Shown here one piece after another: positions 10,409 through 18,765 of a stretch of 64,000 bases of DNA (position 1 is the stretch's first letter; each line of letters starts with the position of its first letter). The position numbers and the translations under genes were made by a program. Where the stretch lies: contig JAFZZW010000088.1 of assembly GCA_017615615.1 (NCBI GenBank), positions 395-64,394 of the forward strand, given 5' to 3'. The stretch comes from Bacteroidales bacterium. Lineage in GTDB: Bacteria; Bacteroidota; Bacteroidia; Bacteroidales; UBA932. The notes below the pieces were generated by a model. It made no database searches. It was not told where the DNA came from and saw only the letters and a program-made list of their open reading frames with translations.

Positions 10409-10888
10409 ATGCCATTCAGAATAGGTCAAGGATATGACGTTCACCGGCTGTCCGAAGGTCTGCCGATGTGGCTGTGCGGCCTGCGCATCCCGTCCTCCGT
10501 GGGCTTCGTAGCCCACTCGGACGGTGACGTCGCCATCCACGCGCTCTGCGACGCCCTTCTGGGCGCGCTTGCGCTGGGGGATATCGGCCACCTTTTCCCG
10601 GATACTTCGTCCGAATTCGCCGGTATTGACAGCAAGATCCTTCTTTCGCGCGTGCTCACTCTCGTCCGCGCGGAAGGCTGGGATCTGGTCAACGCCGACA
10701 TCACCATAGCCCTGCAGGCTCCCAAGATAGCCCCGTACGTCGAGGAAATGCGCCGGATTCTCGCAGGAGTTTGCGGCGTGGCGTCCGACGCCGTGAGCGT
10801 CAAAGCCACCACCACCGAGCGTCTGGGCTTCGTCGGACGCGGCGAGGGCTGTGAAGTTTGGGCCGTTGTGTTGATTGAACAAAAATAA
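10409..10888 (+). CDS. ispF: 2-C-methyl-D-erythritol 2,4-cyclodiphosphate synthase
   Basis: RIGQGYDVH, HSDGDV, DIGHLFPD, KATTTERLG. Confidence 0.98.
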   Translation: MPFRIGQGYDVHRLSEGLPMWLCGLRIPSSVGFVAHSDGDVAIHALCDALLGALALGDIGHLFPDTSSEFAGIDSKILLSRVLTLVRAEGWDLVNADITIALQAPKIAPYVEEMRRILAGVCGVASDAVSVKATTTERLGFVGRGEGCEVWAVVLIEQK

Positions 10889-10889
10889 T

Positions 10890-10920
10890 TTTGCAATTAA
10901 TCAAAAGAGTTGTATCTTTG
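10890..10920 (+). promoter_or_regulatory. Bacteroidetes sigma-A promoter of tRNA-Gln (-33 TTTG, -7 TATCTTTG)
   Basis: TTTG 10890-10893, 19-nt spacer, TATCTTTG 10913-10920. Confidence 0.8.
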
Positions 10921-10932
10921 CGGTCCCAACAT

Positions 10933-11003
10933 TGAGATATGGTGTAATGGTAGCACTACAGATTCTGGCTCTGTCAGTGAGGGTTCGAGTCCTTCTATCT
11001 CAA
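10933..11003 (+). tRNA. tRNA-Gln(CTG)
   Basis: Acceptor TGAGATA/TATCTCA, anticodon arm ACAGA-TTCTGGC-TCTGT, T arm GGTTCGAGTCC; CCA not encoded. Confidence 0.95.
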
Positions 11004-11007
11004 CACG

Positions 11008-11037
11008 AAGCCGCCCATTCGGGCGGTTTTTTTGTTT
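11008..11037 (+). terminator. Intrinsic terminator after tRNA-Gln
   Basis: AAGCCGCCC-ATTC-GGGCGGTTT followed by a T run. Confidence 0.85.
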
Positions 11038-11056
11038 AGATAGAAGGACTGATTTG

Positions 11057-11170
11057 ATCCCCCTGCGCCCCCAGGGGCATGCGGCTGATTGCTGCGCAAC
11101 AGCCGGCAGCTTCGCTACTCGATTCTTCCAGAATCTCGCTACCGCTCCGCTGCGGCGCCCAAAAGCGCCC
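11057..11170. repeat. Multi-hairpin palindromic cluster between the tRNA terminator and array A
   Basis: Successive hairpins (CGGCTG..CAGCCG, GATTCT-TCC-AGAATC, GGCGC-CCAAAA-GCGCC); ATCCCCCTGCGCCCCCAGGG resembles 53519-53539. Confidence 0.55.
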
Positions 11171-11200
11171 TGTTACACTATAGTCCAGCCACGTCTCTCC

Positions 11201-11522
11201 CGAAGACAACGTGGCGCCCTCCACATCGTCCTCGCGTACGGAATTCCTTCTTAAGTTCGGCAAAACAAGCAGCGAAGACAACGTGGTGCCTCCCACATCG
11301 TCCTCGCGTACGGAATTCCTTCTCATGTTCGGCAAAACAAGCAGCGAAGACAACGTGGCGCCTTCCACATCGTCCTCGCGTACGGAATTCCTTCTCATGT
11401 TCGGCAAAACATACAGCGAAGACAACGTGGCGCCCTCCACATCGTCCTCGCGTACGGAATTCCTTCTTAAGTTCGGCAAAACAAGTAACGAAGACGATGT
11501 AGAGTGCTCTACATCGTCTTCG
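11201..11522. repeat. Array A: five 34-bp hairpin repeats, 72-bp period
   Basis: CGAAGACAACGT-N10-ACATCGTCYTCG at 11201, 11273, 11345, 11417 and 11489 (the last is a perfect-palindrome variant); 38-bp near-identical linkers. Confidence 0.95.
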
Positions 11523-11562
11523 CGCAAACGGTGGCTGCGCCGGGCTACTTCTCCCTGCCTTA

Positions 11563-11736
11563 TTATTTGCTGGCCCCGGCTTTGCGTCCGGCGCGGCGGA
11601 GGGCGTCGTTGATTATCCACTGGAGCTGACCGTTGATGCTGCGGAACTCGTCCGCAGCCCAACGTTCCAGAGCGTCCATCGTTTCCGGATCGACCCGGAG
11701 GACGAAGCTCTTGACAGCTTCTTTTTCCTTGGACAT
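11563..11736 (-). CDS. Arc/ribbon-helix-helix small DNA-binding protein (57 aa, not in ORF track)
   Basis: MSKEKEAVKSFVLRVDPETMDALERWAADEFRSINGQLQWIINDALRRAGRKAGASK, directly downstream of the SPFH gene. Confidence 0.85.
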   Translation of the reverse strand: MSKEKEAVKSFVLRVDPETMDALERWAADEFRSINGQLQWIINDALRRAGRKAGASK

Positions 11737-11737
11737 A

Positions 11738-12676
11738 TTAGTAGAGCGATCCTGAATTGACCACAGGCTGCGCAGGTTCGTCTCCGCAGAGGACTACCAG
11801 CAGGTTGCTGACCATAGCTGCTTTTCTCTCTTCGTCAAGATCGACCACGCCTTCGGATTTGAGTTTGTCGAGCGCCATCTTGACCATGCTCACGGCACCG
11901 TCGACAATCTTTTCGCGGGCGGCGATGATGGCGTCGGCCTGCTGGCGGCGGAGCATGACCGCTGCAATTTCGGGAGCGTATGCCAGATAGTTGATACGGG
12001 CCTCGATTACGTGGATGCCGGCCATGGAGAGGCGCTCGTTGAGAGTGGTTACCAACTGCTCGTTAATCACTTCTGCATTGCTGCGAAGAGTGAGTTCGTC
12101 GGCGGAATCGGCATTGTCGTAGGCGTAGCAGCCCGCAACCTGGCGAAGGGCGGCGTCGCTCTGGACGCGCACGAAGTTCTCGAATGCCTGCGACAGCATG
12201 CGGGCGGAACTGCGGCCGGTGGCATTGGACACGGGGGCGGCCAGCGACTGGCTGTCAATTTCGAACAGGGCCTTGTATGTGTCGGCCAGCTTCCAGACCA
12301 GCACCATGCCGATCATTACCGGATTGCCTGCCTTGTCATTGACCTTGATGGGCTCCGGGTTGAGGTTGCGTGCGCGGAGGCTGACGCCTTTCTTATTCAG
12401 AAGCGGATTGACCCAGTAGAAGCCCGTGCGGGTGAAGGTTCCGCTGTATTTGCCGAAGAATACCAGCACTCTGGCCTCGTTGGGCTCGAGCTTGATGAAG
12501 CCGTTCATGCAAAGGGCGAAAAGCAGCATCCCGATGCCGCCGAACACGGCGAAGACGCTGTTGGTGTCGGCCATTATAAAGAGGTAGATGATAGCTGCAA
12601 ACAGTACGATAACCAACAGCAAAGCCAGAAAACCATTCAGGCAAATGCCTTTGTAAGAGAATTCGTTCGTTTTCAT
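11738..12676 (-). CDS. SPFH/band 7 domain membrane protein
   Basis: Two TM helices, KVND..GNP, LAYAPEIAAVMLRRQQA, DEERKAAMVSNLLVVLC; promoter element on minus strand at 12698-12705. Confidence 0.92.
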   Translation of the reverse strand: MKTNEFSYKGICLNGFLALLLVIVLFAAIIYLFIMADTNSVFAVFGGIGMLLFALCMNGFIKLEPNEARVLVFFGKYSGTFTRTGFYWVNPLLNKKGVSLRARNLNPEPIKVNDKAGNPVMIGMVLVWKLADTYKALFEIDSQSLAAPVSNATGRSSARMLSQAFENFVRVQSDAALRQVAGCYAYDNADSADELTLRSNAEVINEQLVTTLNERLSMAGIHVIEARINYLAYAPEIAAVMLRRQQADAIIAAREKIVDGAVSMVKMALDKLKSEGVVDLDEERKAAMVSNLLVVLCGDEPAQPVVNSGSLY

Positions 12677-12787
12677 AATAGTATCATTTTGATATCGCAA
12701 AGATACTGCTATTTTTGGTAATTCCAATAGGTGGCAGCAATATATTAAAGAAAAAAGAGTATATTGCAGGACAAAAGAGCCAAAACG

Positions 12788-13468
12788 ATGAAAAAGCTAG
12801 TTTATATTCTCCTTGCAGCGTCGCTGCTTTCTCTCGCCGCCTGCGGCAACCAGGGCAATAAACAGAACTCCAAGGCCGGAGAGGGCGAGCAGACAGACTC
12901 CCTTGAACTCAAAATCGAATCAGTAGAAATGAAGCAACTGGAAACCATTTCGGAAGAGCCCGTATTCGACATCGTTACCACCCTCGGAACGATTCGGGTA
13001 AAACTCTATTCAGACACCCCTAAACACAGGGACAACTTTGTGAAACTTGCAACGAGCGGTTTTTACAATGGCCTGTTGTTCCACCGTATCATCAAGAACT
13101 TCATGATCCAAGGAGGAGATCCCCTCACCAAGGATGCGGCCAATGTGGCAAAATACGGTACCGGCGGCCCCGGCTACCAGATTGAGGCCGAAATCCTTCC
13201 CAATCATCACCACAAGAAAGGTGCACTCGCAGCCGCCCGTAAGGGCGACATCGCCAATCCCATGAAGGAATCCAGCGGCTCCCAGTTCTACATCGTTCAG
13301 AGCGAGGCCGGCTGTAGCCACCTCGACGGAGAATACACAATCTTCGGCGAAACAATCGACGGCTTTGATGTTATTGACAAGATTGCTGCCCTCCCCACCG
13401 ACGCCCGCGGCCTCACAGAAATGCCCGTCCGCATAGTTTCCGTCAAATTGGTCCCCGAGGTCCAATAG
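12788..13468 (+). CDS. Cyclophilin-type peptidyl-prolyl isomerase, lipoprotein
   Basis: LAAC lipobox; FHRIIKNFMIQGGDP, SGSQFYI, HLDGEYTIFG. Confidence 0.93.
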   Translation: MKKLVYILLAASLLSLAACGNQGNKQNSKAGEGEQTDSLELKIESVEMKQLETISEEPVFDIVTTLGTIRVKLYSDTPKHRDNFVKLATSGFYNGLLFHRIIKNFMIQGGDPLTKDAANVAKYGTGGPGYQIEAEILPNHHHKKGALAAARKGDIANPMKESSGSQFYIVQSEAGCSHLDGEYTIFGETIDGFDVIDKIAALPTDARGLTEMPVRIVSVKLVPEVQ

Positions 13469-13470
13469 TT

Positions 13471-13486
13471 TGGCACACCCTTTGCA
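13471..13486 (+). promoter_or_regulatory. Sigma54 (-24/-12) promoter
   Basis: TGGCAC-ACCCT-TTGCA with exact GG-N10-GC spacing. Confidence 0.7.
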
Positions 13487-13496
13487 ATTTACCTTA

Positions 13497-13575
13497 ACCG
13501 AATAGTTTTTTCATAGGTTAAATTTTAGGTTAGAATTGCAAATCGCCCGCGCTGTGAAGCGCGGGCGATGTTGTA
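13497..13575 (+). ncRNA. Candidate sigma54-driven small RNA
   Basis: U-rich leader (TTTTTTCATAGGTTAAATTTTAGGTTAG), then 11-bp hairpin ATCGCCCGCGC-TGTGAA-GCGCGGGCGAT; no plus-strand ORF follows. Confidence 0.55.
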
Positions 13576-13853
13576 TCACTTGTCATCGTAATGACCATAT
13601 GAAGATAAGACATATACCTTGACAACAGTATCTTGTATTTCATAAACCATCCTATGCCTGTAATTGATCCTGCGGGACCATTGTCCGGAACGGTATCCAG
13701 ACAAAGGCTCAGGTTTTCCTTTACCAATCCTGGGGTGTTCGCTCAATTCGTCAATAAGGTCTAACGCTTTCTCACATAGGCCTTAGGCTCGTTTCTGCGC
13801 AGCTTGGCCAAGTCATCGATAGCATCCGGAGATATTGTGACTGAGTATTTCAC
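13576..13853 (-). pseudogene. yoeB: Txe/YoeB family toxin, frameshifted by a 2-nt insertion
   Basis: GTG start overlaps the antitoxin stop; MKYSVTISPDAIDDLAKLRRNEPKAY/EKALDLIDELSEHPRIGKGKPEPL..GQWSRRINYRHRMVY..GHYDDK; length 278 = 276+2. Confidence 0.88.
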
Positions 13854-14107
13854 AGTGAAGCAAGAAACTTATCAAGTTCTTCTCTTGACTTTACCGTATA
13901 ACCTTTTCTGTCCTTGATATCCTGGATACCTTTGTCGATTTTGCGGAAGAACTCTTCCTTGCTCATAAGGGTATCGTCATCAGTCACCGGCGTAATCTTG
14001 AAAGAACCAAGACTGCGAGTTTTGAGGATGATGCCTTTGCCCTTGGCCGCCATCCCAAGATATTTACTCTGGTTTGAACGGAAATCTCTGGTGCTTATTA
14101 CTTCCAT
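13850..14107 (-). CDS. Phd/YefM family antitoxin
   Basis: MEVISTRDFRSNQSKYLGMA Phd-type N terminus; upstream of the toxin; promoter element on minus strand at 14127-14134. Confidence 0.85.
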   Translation of the reverse strand: MEVISTRDFRSNQSKYLGMAAKGKGIILKTRSLGSFKITPVTDDDTLMSKEEFFRKIDKGIQDIKDRKGYTVKSREELDKFLASL

Positions 14108-14224
14108 GTTATATTTTAGTTTGTCGCAAATATAACAAGAATAAATTTGGTTACCAAATTGGATGCCAAAAAGATTGCAAACGACCAGTGGCCGAGTGCA
14201 TCCTCGATGGGGAAAGACTCCATC

Positions 14225-14469
14225 CGGTTTCCTTCACTCTGAACTGCCGAGAAATACTCGGTAGTTGCCTCTTTTGAAAGCTCAGCTGATTCGTATATAT
14301 TCTTAAGGTGCAGACTAATACTGTCTGGAGAGCAACCAAACAGAGCCGCCATAGCTTTCTGCGTGGCCCAAATACTTTCGTCCTTTAATACTACATCCAC
14401 CTTTACATCCTCTGTGGTCGCATTGGGTGGCGGGGCTTCCCCTTCGGGGGCAGTATACAGGAGGTTCAA
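14225..14469 (-). pseudogene. N-terminal fragment of a RhuM-like protein
   Basis: LLYTAPEG...DVKVDVVLKDESIWATQKAMAALFG....ISLHLKNIYESAEL..EATTEYF..VQSEGNR, after which the resemblance ends. Confidence 0.65.
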
Positions 14470-14979
14470 GTCCTACCCATGCCAGAAATAGGATAGTGTT
14501 ACGCTTCGGGCGGCTCGGACCACTCCTCACCCTTGCTTCGGCGAGGGTGTTGGATAATCTCATTTTGGTGCGGTGACGTGACTCGGGGAGGTTCTAGAAT
14601 AACGTCATCGGCAGTTTTAGGCTATTTCTTCCGAAAAACCGCCAGTGACGTGACCAAATGGGGTGCGGGAATCACTTCACTACTCGAATAGTTGTGCCGC
14701 TGCATAGATTTCTGCTTCTGGGACGAGTGGAGCCTCTGATACTGCGCTACCATATCATCCCAGGACCAAGGCGCTTCGGACCAGGAGAGGACCTCCCGAC
14801 TCAAGTCCTCGCTGAAACGACGGATAAGGTCGAAGTTTATTTAATGCAGTTCAGGCATCTTGTATCACGATGATTGTCTTTTCTGCCTGCAGTTATACAA
14901 CAATCCTATGAATTAAGCAAAATTGCGAAGCCTGTGCAGAATTGCAAGAGCCCCGCGAGCAGAGTGCGGGGCGTGTTGT

Positions 14980-15729
14980 CTAATTGATTTCTGTGAGGCC
15001 GTCGAGGCTGACGATGAGGCCTTCGTAGGTGGGGTTGTCGGAGAAGTAGGTCACTTCGAAGACCTTGCCCTCGGTGGTTACCTTGCCGTTGGTCTTGATG
15101 ATGGCCCATTTGTAGTAAGGAAGGCCGTTTTCCTTGTCGATATGCGTGATGGACTTGCCCCATACCTCCACTACGGAGGTCTTCTGCAAGCTTTCTTTGG
15201 TGATTACGTATGCAGGGCGGCCGAAGATAGTCGTGTCTTTGCAAGTGGTTCCCTCTTCGCCCTTTTTGACGTTCTTGCCGAAAACCGTCTCGCTCATCTG
15301 GCCCTTCAGATATTGGTAAATGGCATCGTCGACGCTGCTGAAGCCCGATTTCTCGCGCACTTTGCCGTACTGCATCTTCTCGTTGCCCACCAGATATTCG
15401 GTGCGGGTGGAATCTGTGCATACAAAGAGGGTGGTGGATTTGCTGCCTGGAGTGGTGCCTATTACGACATTTCCCTTTCGGGCGTACGTCCTGGAGATAC
15501 TTGCAGGGCCGACATACATGTTCTCGGTGATGACGAAATCCTTCTCGTACCATTTCTTGGGTTCGGCCTTCTTTTCTTTCTTCTCTACAATGACCTCGGG
15601 CTCGGGCTCTTGGTTTGCGGCAACCTGTTCTGAGTCACCTTCTTTGTTGCCTTTGCTGCCATTGTTTCCTCCGCAAGCCGCAGCCAGCAACAGGGCCGCG
15701 ACAAGCACAAACGATGTAATCTTTTTCAT
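14980..15729 (-). CDS. Hypothetical lipoprotein
   Basis: MKKITSFVLVAALLLAAAC lipobox; hairpin GCCCCGC..GCGGGGC downstream at 14950-14972. Confidence 0.8.
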   Translation of the reverse strand: MKKITSFVLVAALLLAAACGGNNGSKGNKEGDSEQVAANQEPEPEVIVEKKEKKAEPKKWYEKDFVITENMYVGPASISRTYARKGNVVIGTTPGSKSTTLFVCTDSTRTEYLVGNEKMQYGKVREKSGFSSVDDAIYQYLKGQMSETVFGKNVKKGEEGTTCKDTTIFGRPAYVITKESLQKTSVVEVWGKSITHIDKENGLPYYKWAIIKTNGKVTTEGKVFEVTYFSDNPTYEGLIVSLDGLTEIN

Positions 15730-15816
15730 TTGGGTGATTCTTATAAACTGTCAAGCACAAATGTACATAAAAATCGCAGGATTATATGTAAATTTGAAAA
15801 CCAAAGTTCAAGTATT

Positions 15817-16278
15817 ATGCTTTCAATCGGAGATAAGATCCCGTCATTCGAGGTTATCGACCAGGACGGGAACACGGTCAAGTCGGAGGACTTCATCGGC
15901 AAGGGCCGCAAAACCGTAGTCTATTTCTATCCCAAGGACAATACCTCCGGCTGTACGGCCGAGGCCTGCTCCTTCCGGGACAACTATGCCAAACTCGCGG
16001 AAGCCGGCTACAATGTGGTGGGAGTCAGTAAAGACAGCGCCAGGTCGCACGCCGGATTCCGTGCCAAATACGGGCTGCCGTTCCGTCTGCTCGCAGACAC
16101 CGGCCTCCAGATGCTTCAGAGCTTCGGCGCCTGGGGCGAAAAGAAAATGTATGGCAAATCAACCCTCGGCACCCTGCGGCATACGTTTATTTTTGATGAA
16201 AACGGCATCCTGGAGCGCATAATCGAGAAAGTTGACACCAAAAACGCTGCATACCAGATACTCGACGTCCAGAAATAG
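15817..16278 (+). CDS. bcp: Thioredoxin-dependent thiol peroxidase (BCP)
   Basis: YFYPKDNTSGCTAEACSFRD. Confidence 0.95.
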   Translation: MLSIGDKIPSFEVIDQDGNTVKSEDFIGKGRKTVVYFYPKDNTSGCTAEACSFRDNYAKLAEAGYNVVGVSKDSARSHAGFRAKYGLPFRLLADTGLQMLQSFGAWGEKKMYGKSTLGTLRHTFIFDENGILERIIEKVDTKNAAYQILDVQK

Positions 16279-16337
16279 AGTGCTCTCGACGCAAGATTTC
16301 CCGTTTAGAGGCATTTAAGGAAAAAACTATTCTTGAT

Positions 16338-16970
16338 ATGCACCGTATTACTGTCATGCTTGCAGCGCTGCTCGTCTGCGCATCTGCTTATGCCCAGCAT
16401 TTCGACCCGGCCCACAGACACTCAGTCGAGGTTTCCACGGGTGTTCCGCCGCTTCAGACCAGCGTTTTCGGCTCCAGCCTTTCAGCCAGGATGGGGAGGG
16501 GTTTTACTGAAGACAAAATCTTCTGTCCCACGTTCAACATCGCCTACACCTTTGCAATGGGCGAGCGCTGGGACTTGAATGTCATAGTTAACGGTTGCGG
16601 CGCGTTCGTCCGCAGGAGCTATTATCCGTACACGACGGTCACGGGTGTTACGGATGACGGTTACGAGTACAGCTACAAGGAGTTCAACTTCAAAGCCGAT
16701 CCCGAATCCACCGAAACCACCTATTCCGGCACCATGTACACGCCTATGGTGGCCTTTCGCTGGAAATGGCTGCGCCGCGACAATATGCGTCTGTATTCGT
16801 CTTTCGGCCTGGGATGCCTCGTGCTCGGCAATTTCGGCCTGTTCATCCCCACGCCCTACCTCACTCCCGTCGGCATCAACTTCGGTGCCGGGCATTTCTA
16901 CGGCCTGGCCGAGCTGAACCTCAGCTGCGCTTCCACCGGACTCCTTGCCGGCGTTGGCTATCGTTTCTGA
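16338..16970 (+). CDS. Small outer-membrane beta-barrel protein
   Basis: Signal peptide, amphipathic beta strands, C-terminal GVGYRF. Confidence 0.75.
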   Translation: MHRITVMLAALLVCASAYAQHFDPAHRHSVEVSTGVPPLQTSVFGSSLSARMGRGFTEDKIFCPTFNIAYTFAMGERWDLNVIVNGCGAFVRRSYYPYTTVTGVTDDGYEYSYKEFNFKADPESTETTYSGTMYTPMVAFRWKWLRRDNMRLYSSFGLGCLVLGNFGLFIPTPYLTPVGINFGAGHFYGLAELNLSCASTGLLAGVGYRF

Positions 16971-16971
16971 G

Positions 16972-17886
16972 ATGAATAAAGATTCACGCAAGAACCGGAC
17001 GGTATACAGCGACGGGCGATACACACTGGGCAAGGAAGACGGTCTCCCGTACATCATAATCAACGGAAGCAGGTACAGACTGACATGCCATCCGTACGAG
17101 CCCTGTTTGTATATCACCGATGAACTGGAAGTCCTTACGGCCGTCCACAATGCCTTCGACCCTGACAGCGTGCTGAGGGAGTTCGCAGGCGGCCGCACCG
17201 TGACATCCATTACCGGCCGCGAGTACGATGCCGCCGATTTCTGCCGGATGGTTGAATATGCCTCCGGCATGGTTGATATCCAGATAGATTATGCGGAGAA
17301 GGTCTTCGGCGACCGGCCCAAAAAGAAGAACCCGCAGCCGGAAAAGAAAAAGAAAGACTCTTTCGATGGCAAGGAATGCCGTCCGGAGTCCGGTCGCGTC
17401 ATCGAAAACGATCCCGCTTACGACGTAATTGCCAGGTATCCCGATAGCGTTGTCGATTATTGTATCGTCCAATCCGACCCCGGCTGCCATGGACGCAACG
17501 AGCACTGGACGGCTCTCGTGTGGGCCAGCGTGAAGCTCTTTATAGATGTTGACGATGAGGTCATCTGGCATTACGATGCCGCAAAGGCCGACGCCAGGCA
17601 GATAAGCGTCCGGGAACTGTTTGCTCCCGTATCGGAAGAGGGGATGAACTACCGCAAGGCGTTCCTCCGCCCTCCGTACCCCAACGGCTATACCGATGCC
17701 GACTTCGACTGTGTCAATGCCGCCCTTTTCCCGAATGGCACGGAAGGATTAGAGGTTTTCGAGTGGACTACAGGTTGGTCAGAATACTTCGATGAAGGTC
17801 ACGAATGGTGGGGCACGCTCTGTTTGACCGTTCTCGACAAAACTCTTGACCGGATAGTTGTAATCATGGCTTCGGCCACCGACTGA
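16972..17886 (+). CDS. Hypothetical protein (two-domain)
   Basis: Long ORF directly after the previous stop; C-terminal W..YFDEGHEWWG...ASATD. Confidence 0.7.
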   Translation: MNKDSRKNRTVYSDGRYTLGKEDGLPYIIINGSRYRLTCHPYEPCLYITDELEVLTAVHNAFDPDSVLREFAGGRTVTSITGREYDAADFCRMVEYASGMVDIQIDYAEKVFGDRPKKKNPQPEKKKKDSFDGKECRPESGRVIENDPAYDVIARYPDSVVDYCIVQSDPGCHGRNEHWTALVWASVKLFIDVDDEVIWHYDAAKADARQISVRELFAPVSEEGMNYRKAFLRPPYPNGYTDADFDCVNAALFPNGTEGLEVFEWTTGWSEYFDEGHEWWGTLCLTVLDKTLDRIVVIMASATD

Positions 17887-17904
17887 TGGCCTCTCGTCTA
17901 TAGG

Positions 17905-17993
17905 TGCTTTCAGGGGTGCCTGTCTTGGTACCCCTGACGACGAATCAAGGCGTTTTTGCTTTCAGGGGTGCATGGCTTGGTACCCCTGACGAC
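17905..17993. repeat. Palindrome doublet TCAGGGGTGC-N7-GTACCCCTGA
   Basis: Two 37-bp direct copies (17905-17941, 17957-17993) between convergent genes. Confidence 0.85.
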
Positions 17994-17998
17994 AGTAT

Positions 17999-18721
17999 CT
18001 ATTTAATAACCGGGCGGATGGGGAGGCCGATGTTGCGCGAGAGGTTGCCGTAGCTTGAATTATCAGGGGTGATATCCCAGCAGTCGGCGAAATAGTTCTG
18101 GCCTTCCAGGAGATTGGAAGTCCAGTACTTGCCGTAGTCGGTATAATCCGGATTCCTGCCGTCGTAGATCTGGGTGCTGAAGCGGTGGCCTACTGCGGGG
18201 AGGAAGATGCTTTTCCCGGTGATCTTGTTTGCCACGAGGTAACCGGTCGAGCCTCCCTGGCTGGTCCATGTCCAGGAGCAGTTGTCGCGGAGCTCCTGCC
18301 ATTCCTTGACGGTCGGCATGCGCCATTTGCCGCCCCAGTTGGCGTGGGCGGCGTCGTCGGCGGGTTCGAGGACGGACTTGTTGTCCACAGTTCCGTACTT
18401 GCCGTCGGTGACGTACTTATGGAAAACGTTCCCCTTGTTGTCGCTCCAGCGGTAGGATTCCCAGTTGTAGCCGGCACCTTTTCCGGCTTTCCATATGGCA
18501 TCCTCGACCAGGGCATACCCGTCCTTGTAGTAGGTCTCCGCCTCGCCCCAGGCGAAGTAGTCGCCTGCCTCTTCCGGCTTTGCGGCCCCCACGTTGCAGG
18601 TGGCCCATTTAACACTGAGGCCAAGGTCTACATATTCATGTCCCTGATGCTCGGGATTGGTCTTGTTGCAGGCAATTGCCAGCAGGGCGGTGAGGCCTAA
18701 AAGGATGAATCGTGGTTTCAT
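17999..18721 (-). CDS. Lipoprotein with 'HEYVDLGLSVKWATCNVGA' domain (Fib_succ_major/Lcl-like)
   Basis: LAIAC lipobox; GDYFAWGE, DDAAHANWGGKWRMPT..EW.EL, SIFLPA.G, YWTS, IRPV. Confidence 0.82.
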   Translation of the reverse strand: MKPRFILLGLTALLAIACNKTNPEHQGHEYVDLGLSVKWATCNVGAAKPEEAGDYFAWGEAETYYKDGYALVEDAIWKAGKGAGYNWESYRWSDNKGNVFHKYVTDGKYGTVDNKSVLEPADDAAHANWGGKWRMPTVKEWQELRDNCSWTWTSQGGSTGYLVANKITGKSIFLPAVGHRFSTQIYDGRNPDYTDYGKYWTSNLLEGQNYFADCWDITPDNSSYGNLSRNIGLPIRPVIK

Positions 18722-18733
18722 ATTGGTCGATTT

Positions 18734-18760
18734 AGATTCTTCGCTTCGCTCAGAATGACA
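18734..18760 (-). repeat. REP-like palindrome family 1 variant
   Basis: Minus strand reads TGTCATTCTGAGCGAAGCGAAGAATCT. Confidence 0.8.
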
Positions 18761-18765
18761 GGGGG

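Noticed and set aside
11201-11522. CRISPR array call for arrays A, B and C
   Set aside because: Repeat and spacer sizes fit, but the 38-bp spacers are nearly identical within each array, variation is concentrated in the repeat loop, and no cas gene is in the window
10933-11522. Integrative element at tRNA-Gln
   Set aside because: No integrase and no duplicated tRNA 3' end seen in the window
14420-14484. tRNA or tRNA-Sec gene suggested by GGTTCAAGTCC and a CCA
   Set aside because: No proper D arm, anticodon arm or 7-bp acceptor stem; kept only as a structured RNA candidate
17999-18721. Diversity-generating retroelement target (Lcl/CLec-like C terminus)
   Set aside because: No reverse transcriptase or template-repeat copy found in the window
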